A DNA stretch of 64,000 bases from Thermoleophilia bacterium (GTDB taxonomy: Bacteria; Actinomycetota; Thermoleophilia; RBG-16-64-13), in the NCBI GenBank assembly GCA_040772905.1, contig JAXGXJ010000015.1, forward strand, positions 465 through 64,464, in the 5' to 3' direction. The translations under genes were made by a program, and so were the position numbers. Position 1 is the stretch's first letter. Each line of letters starts with the position of its first letter. Shown one piece after another: positions 61,458 to 64,000 of this stretch. The notes below the pieces were generated by a model. The model was not told the DNA's origin. It did not search any database and was given only the letters and a program-made list of their open reading frames with translations.

Positions 61458-62807
61458 ATGTACGCAGTCATCGTCGGAGCAGGTGAAGTAGGTTTCCACA
61501 TCGCGACCATCCTCAGCGAGGAAGGGCACGACGTGGCCGTCATCGATCGCAGCCAAGAAGCGTTCCACAAGGCTTCTCAGGAACTCGACGTCCTCGCCAT
61601 CCAAGGGAACGGGGCCAGTCGGAGGGTGCTCGAACAGGTGAACATCGGCAAGGCCGATCTGCTCATCGCGGTCACCAACTCCGACGAGGTCAACATGATC
61701 GCCTGCATGGCCGGCAAGCGGGTGGGAGTGGCACAGACCATCGCCCGAGTGCGCAATCCCGAGTACATCGAGGACTTCCAGACTCTCTCCACCGGCCTCT
61801 CCGGCATCGACCACGTCATCCAGCCCGAGGCCGCGGTGGCCAACGAGGTGGCAAGGCTCGCCACCATCCCGGGGGTGCTCGACGTGGAGAGCTTCGCCGG
61901 AGGACAGGTGTGGGTGTTGGAGGCCAACATCGACTCGCGGGCTCCCAGCGCCGGTACCGCGCTCCATCAGCTGTCCCTGCCCAAGGGGGCCATCATCACC
62001 GGCATCCTCCGTCACGGGGTCACCACCATCCCACGCGGCGGCGCCTTCATAGAGCCGGGGGATCGCGTCTTCGTGGCCGGGCGGCCCGAGATCGCCGCAA
62101 AGGCCGTCGCCCATCTCACAGGGGAACATGAGCCGGCCCGGCGGGCGTTGCTGTTGGGCTGTGGGGAGATCGGCATGGGCGTGGCCCTCGCTTTGGAAAA
62201 ACAGCACGTGCGCCTGACCATCTTCGAGAAGAACCCCCAGCGCGCAGCGGAAGCAGCCGCGGCCCTGCGCCGGACCCGGGTGCTCAGCGACGAGGGCATC
62301 GACGAGAAGGTCCTCGTGGCTGAAGGTGTGACCGGAGCCGATCTCTTCATCGCAGCCACCGGCGATGACCGCCTGAACATCCTCTCCTCCCTCATGGCCA
62401 AGCAGCTCGGGGCCAAACGGACCATCTCCGTGGTGGAGCGCAGCGAGTTCTCCCGCGTGGTCGAGAGCGTGGGCGTGGATGTGGCCATCAGCCCGCGTCG
62501 AATGACCGCCTCCGCAGTGCTCCGTTTCGTGCGCGCCGGACAGGTCACCAGCGCAGCCGTGCTGGAGAAATCCGCGGGGGAGGTGCTGGAGTTCGTGGTG
62601 AGCGATCGCAGCCCCGTCTGTGGAAGAGAGCTTATGCAGGTCGACTTCCCCCAGGGCGCCATCGTCGGCGCGGTAGTGCGCGACCACGAGGTGCACATCC
62701 CCGACGGTCATTTCCAGCTGCAGCAAGGTGACCTGGCAGTGGTCTTCACGGCCGAGGAAGCCGTACGCAGAGTGGAGAAGCTGTTCGCGTCGCGACAGGG
62801 ACGATGA
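61458..62807 (+). CDS. trkA: Trk potassium uptake system NAD-binding protein (two RCK domains)
   Basis: MYAVIVGAGEVGFHIATILSEEGHDVAVID, and a second RCK domain ALLLGCGEIGMGVALALEKQHVRLTIFE. Alternative start is 61416. The ORF-track start 61092 was rejected. Confidence 0.85.
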   Translation: MYAVIVGAGEVGFHIATILSEEGHDVAVIDRSQEAFHKASQELDVLAIQGNGASRRVLEQVNIGKADLLIAVTNSDEVNMIACMAGKRVGVAQTIARVRNPEYIEDFQTLSTGLSGIDHVIQPEAAVANEVARLATIPGVLDVESFAGGQVWVLEANIDSRAPSAGTALHQLSLPKGAIITGILRHGVTTIPRGGAFIEPGDRVFVAGRPEIAAKAVAHLTGEHEPARRALLLGCGEIGMGVALALEKQHVRLTIFEKNPQRAAEAAAALRRTRVLSDEGIDEKVLVAEGVTGADLFIAATGDDRLNILSSLMAKQLGAKRTISVVERSEFSRVVESVGVDVAISPRRMTASAVLRFVRAGQVTSAAVLEKSAGEVLEFVVSDRSPVCGRELMQVDFPQGAIVGAVVRDHEVHIPDGHFQLQQGDLAVVFTAEEAVRRVEKLFASRQGR

Positions 62808-64000
62808 ACCTCCGCTTCCTCGGCTATCTCACCGGGCTGGTGGTCATCGCCCTCGGGGCCGGCGTACTCGTGTCGGGCGGGGTCTCCGCCATCTACGGCG
62901 ACACCGATATGACGCCCCTCCTCGTCATCGGGGCGGCCTACCTCGCGCTGGGCGGAGTCCTCTACACGGTCAGCCGGAGTGCGGCCAAGGCATACATCGG
63001 CTTCCGCGAAGGCTTTGTGGCCGTGGTGGCCTCGTGGGTGGCGGCCGCGGTCTTCGGGGCGATACCGTACGCGGTCCTGGGGATCTTCGGCCCTGTCGAC
63101 TCCCTGTTCGAATCCATGTCGGGCTTCACCACCACCGGGGCCAGCGTCTTGGTCGATTACGATCAGCCCCACGGCATCATGTTCTGGCGCAGCCTGACCC
63201 ATTGGTACGGCGGCATGGGCATCGTGGTCCTGGTGCTGGCCTTCCTCCCCGCTGTGGGAGGCGGGGCCATCAGACTGTTCGCCGCCGAGGCCCCCGGGCC
63301 TATCACAGAACGTCTTACCCCGCGCCTCAAGGACACCGCCAAGCGCCTCTGGTACATCTACGTGGGCCTGAGCGCGGCCGAGGCCCTCATCCTCATGGCA
63401 CTCGGCGTGGGCCCCTTCCTGGCAGTCACTCACACCTTCGGCACCCTGGCCACCGGCGGCTTCTCTCCCCTCGCCGCCTCGGTGGGCGCGTTCGACAGTT
63501 GGTCCATCGAATTGGTGATCACCATCTTCACCATCCTCGCCGGGGGCAATTTCGCCCTCTACTTCGCCGTGCTCACCGGCAGGCGTCGCGCCCTGTTGCG
63601 CGACCCCGAGTTCCGACTGTACCTGATCATCATGGGCGTCAGCACATTGGTCGTCGCTGCCAGCCTCATCATCGCCAAGTCGCACTTCAGCACCGCACAT
63701 GCATTGCGTGAAGCCTTCTTCCAGGTCGTAGCACTGCAAACCACCACAGGCTACGTCACCGCCGACTTCGATCAATGGAACAGCTTCGCCAAGACCCTGC
63801 TGCTCATGCTCATGTTCGTCGGCGGCTGCGCCGGCTCGACGGCCGGCGGCATCAAGGTGGTGCGGTTCCTGGTGCTCTCCAAAAACGCCGGCCGTGTGCT
63901 GTCACAGGCGTCGCACCCCCGTCTGGTGGTGCCCATCCGGATGGGCCGGCGCATCATCCCCGATTCAGTGGCCTCCTCGGTGCTGGCCTTCTTCTTCCTG
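62804..64000 (+). CDS. trkH: Trk potassium uptake system membrane protein, partial (runs off the window end)
   Basis: ATG overlaps the trkA stop (ATGA). MNLRFLGYLTGLVVIALGAG...GFTTTGASVL...LQTTTGYVTADF...GGCAGSTAGGIKVVRFLVL are TrkH/KtrB selectivity-filter-like repeats. It is absent from the ORF track because it has no stop in the window. The overlapping ORF 62728..63711 in another frame was rejected. Confidence 0.8.
   Translation, partial: MNLRFLGYLTGLVVIALGAGVLVSGGVSAIYGDTDMTPLLVIGAAYLALGGVLYTVSRSAAKAYIGFREGFVAVVASWVAAAVFGAIPYAVLGIFGPVDSLFESMSGFTTTGASVLVDYDQPHGIMFWRSLTHWYGGMGIVVLVLAFLPAVGGGAIRLFAAEAPGPITERLTPRLKDTAKRLWYIYVGLSAAEALILMALGVGPFLAVTHTFGTLATGGFSPLAASVGAFDSWSIELVITIFTILAGGNFALYFAVLTGRRRALLRDPEFRLYLIIMGVSTLVVAASLIIAKSHFSTAHALREAFFQVVALQTTTGYVTADFDQWNSFAKTLLLMLMFVGGCAGSTAGGIKVVRFLVLSKNAGRVLSQASHPRLVVPIRMGRRIIPDSVASSVLAFFFL

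Noticed and set aside
62728-63711. 327-aa plus-strand ORF after trkA
   Set aside because: It is out of frame with the clear TrkH-family reading frame that starts at 62804 and runs off the window. Its sequence is R/G/P-rich junk.

Overview
This is a 64-kb window of high-GC (about 65-67 percent) bacterial chromosome, densely coding, with operon organisation typical of an anaerobe. I saw no transposase or integrase and no CRISPR array; rRNA genes were not specifically searched for. Contents from left to right: (1) 1-11.6 kb, minus strand. A catabolic island holding two paralogous molybdoenzyme alpha subunits of the pyrogallol-phloroglucinol transhydroxylase (AthL-like, DMSO-reductase superfamily) type, with two Fe-S beta subunits (BthL-like) arranged beta-alpha-beta. 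Between them sit an IclR regulator and a flavodoxin-like FMN reductase. Immediately upstream is an operon encoding a BKACE (Kce/DUF849) beta-keto-acid cleavage enzyme, two tandem SDRs, and a 3-hydroxyacyl-CoA dehydrogenase. These are homologues of the enzymes used in anaerobic phloroglucinol breakdown. (2) tRNA-Leu(CAA), an XRE regulator, and a complete hisI-trpE-trpG-trpD-trpCF-trpB-trpA operon. (3) cinA, an SLH-domain L,D-transpeptidase, an overlapping glutaredoxin-like and FTR-catalytic-like redox gene pair, serA, and a BMP-family nucleoside-type ABC importer. (4) A nitrogen-assimilation block: gltB-gltD, a PEP/pyruvate-binding-domain protein, glnA, a ybjQ and amidohydrolase-2 pair, then glnK-amt and a PucR-type regulator. 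(5) A permease, a giant CoA-substrate-specific enzyme activase (two BadF/BcrAD ATPase domains plus DUF2229) with a Cys-rich partner, and an MMPL exporter. A third transhydroxylase-like alpha/beta pair follows. (6) A doubly frameshifted xdhC-like Mo-cofactor chaperone gene fused to a hutI-like amidohydrolase operon, then trkA-trkH. The most interesting feature is the three-fold paralogous transhydroxylase-like molybdoenzyme set tied to a phloroglucinol-type ring-cleavage gene set under an IclR regulator. A perfect 16-bp palindrome lies in the divergent-free promoter of the first alpha gene.
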